From the human T2T-CHM13v2.0 reference genome, Homo sapiens, in the NCBI RefSeq assembly GCF_009914755.1, contig NC_060939.1: a stretch of 64,000 nt of DNA. One strand, written 5' to 3'. Position 1 is the first letter of the stretch, and every line of letters starts with the position of its first letter. Shown here one piece after another: positions 58,224 through 64,000 of the stretch. A model generated the notes under the pieces. It did no database searches. It was not told where the DNA came from and worked only from the letters and a program-made list of their open reading frames with translations. A program made the position numbers and the translations under genes.

Positions 58224-58329
58224 CTCTATTAAAGGACTAGACTAAGAAGTCTATTAAAGGACCTAGACTAAGAAGTCCTCACAAAGGACTCTCTATTAAA
58301 GGACCTAGACTAAGAATTCCTCACAAAGG
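58224..58329 (+). repeat. Imperfect triple tandem duplication
   Basis: tctattaaaggac(c)tagactaagaa(g/t)tc occurs three times; copies 2 and 3 extend with ctcacaaagg. Confidence 0.9.
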
Positions 58330-58346
58330 GAAGAGTCCCAAGGATT

Positions 58347-58357
58347 GGGAAAGTCCC
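58347..58357 (-). promoter_or_regulatory. NF-kB kB motif
   Basis: GGGAAAGTCCC; the reverse complement contains the canonical GGGACTTTCC. Motif match only. Confidence 0.35.
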
Positions 58358-58569
58358 AATCTTTGACTCTCATTTTCTAGGTCTGCTGATTAGTATCATA
58401 CTTAATCTTCGGAGGAAATAAGCCAGTGTGTGCATTGAGTGTCTTTGCATATGCAAGACGTTATGCTCATTCAGGATTGGGGCATCAATCACTCGAGCAT
58501 AATAGACTTTGTCAGCCTCATAAATTCTGGGATTTAAAGAGTTAAAGGATCACTGCCCACTTCATTTCA

Positions 58570-59242
<673 letters not shown>

Positions 59243-60043
59243 ATGTTTGACTATTTCTATCTATGTGTACATAATCAACAACATCTTCAGACTGCTGTTG
59301 ACTGGCTTCTGGGTGGCAACAGCACCTCCTGTTTCTTATAGATAAATTTGATGTTAGAATTATATTCCAAGATGCCATTCTCATTAAACAACCACTGTTA
59401 CATGTTACAGTTTCTAAGGGTTAGAAATTCCCACCAGGTTAATCCCAGCCCTGCTATAACTTTATTCCTTCTAGCCAAAGATGTATTAAAGCACCTAGGA
59501 TCATTAGGAATCATGGCATTCCTAGGATTTGGCTATTTCTTCCTCTCTTTATCCCCACCCAAATTCATGGATTTTATGCCAGACTAATGTACTGTTTGCT
59601 GAATGATAGATTGGTAGGAAGCATAGTGGTGGTAGCAAAACATACCTCAGATGCTGGGCCTTGTCTTTCTCATCAGTCTGTGTGCTCTGTTACTATTGAA
59701 ATCTGGCCCTGATTCTCTTTCATTAGAGACTTTTTAATGAGATGAGGAAAAAATAGAACTTTTTAAAAAACATTTTAGCCAAGTGCAGTTTATGAGGAAG
59801 ATCATTAAGAAGATCATTATACGCTCATTAATAAGAGTTTCTCTTAGCACAGGATGTTCTCATCTAAACCACTAGATTTGTAGTGGTATCATAAGCCAGA
59901 ACTTGAAAGGAAGAACCAAAGTCTTATTTATAGCCGTCTGCACTCTGGCAGGAATAGATATAGGACTAGATTAAATACAGAAAAGGTATTTCCTCTAAAT
60001 GTTCTCCCTGCAACTCAGCTACTACTTTTTCTTCCCTCCACAG

Positions 60044-60269
60044 ATGGAGTCCCCTGTTTCCACACCAGCAGTGCTGCCAATACACCTTTTGGTGCCAGTG
60101 GTCAACAATGACATCTCATCTCCTTGTGAGCAGATCATGGTTCGTACCCGATCAGTTGGGGTCAACACATGTGATGTGGCTCTGGCCACAGAGCCTGAGT
60201 GCTTGGGCCCCTGTGAACCTGGAACTAGCGTCAACCTTGAAGGCATCGTGTGGCAGGAAACAGAAGATG
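60044..60269 (+). CDS. ZNF609: Internal coding exon of zinc finger protein 609 (the exon following the circZNF609 exon; about residues 250-325)
   Basis: Polypyrimidine tract and acceptor (ctttttcttccctccacag|ATG at 60044). Consensus donor (GATG|gtaagt at 60270). Length 226 nt, phase 0 to phase 1. Translation [75 protein letters not shown](G) matches my recollection of ZNF609; the [20 protein letters not shown] block is shared with ZNF608/brakeless. Confidence 0.96.

Positions 60270-64000
<3,731 letters not shown>

Overview
Primate (human or closely related great ape) genomic DNA, almost entirely intronic and very Alu-dense (roughly 100 Alu copies or fragments by eye). The only genuine host coding sequence is a 226-nt + strand internal exon at 60044-60269 (cag|ATG...GATG|gtaagt). 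Its translation, [30 protein letters not shown]...WQETEDG, matches ZNF609 from about Met250, so the window is mostly the large intron downstream of the ZNF609 exon that forms circZNF609. Inside that intron, in the sense orientation, lies a full-length, ORF-intact RPS26 processed retrocopy (CDS 30250-30597). It is inserted into the target-site duplication (TSD) of an older Alu and carries a perfect 5' splice site just after its stop codon. Other elements are an ERV1 solo LTR inserted into an AluJ (55455-56305), MLT1 LTRs, DNA-transposon relics (MER44A, MER5A, MER58A, MER1B, Charlie1), L1/L2/L3/MIR fragments, a 680-bp AT-rich minisatellite, an AluYb-lineage element with an internal deletion, and repeat-free islands with an RFX X-box, an octamer and an NF-kB motif. 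Apart from the RPS26 and ZNF609 ORFs and short L1 ORF1 remnants, the supplied ORF track is Alu-derived, low-complexity or otherwise unsupported. No bacterial-type systems (CRISPR, operons) or RNA genes were found. Repeat subfamily names and parent-gene comparisons come from recollection of consensus sequences, and repeat boundaries are approximate unless a TSD is quoted.
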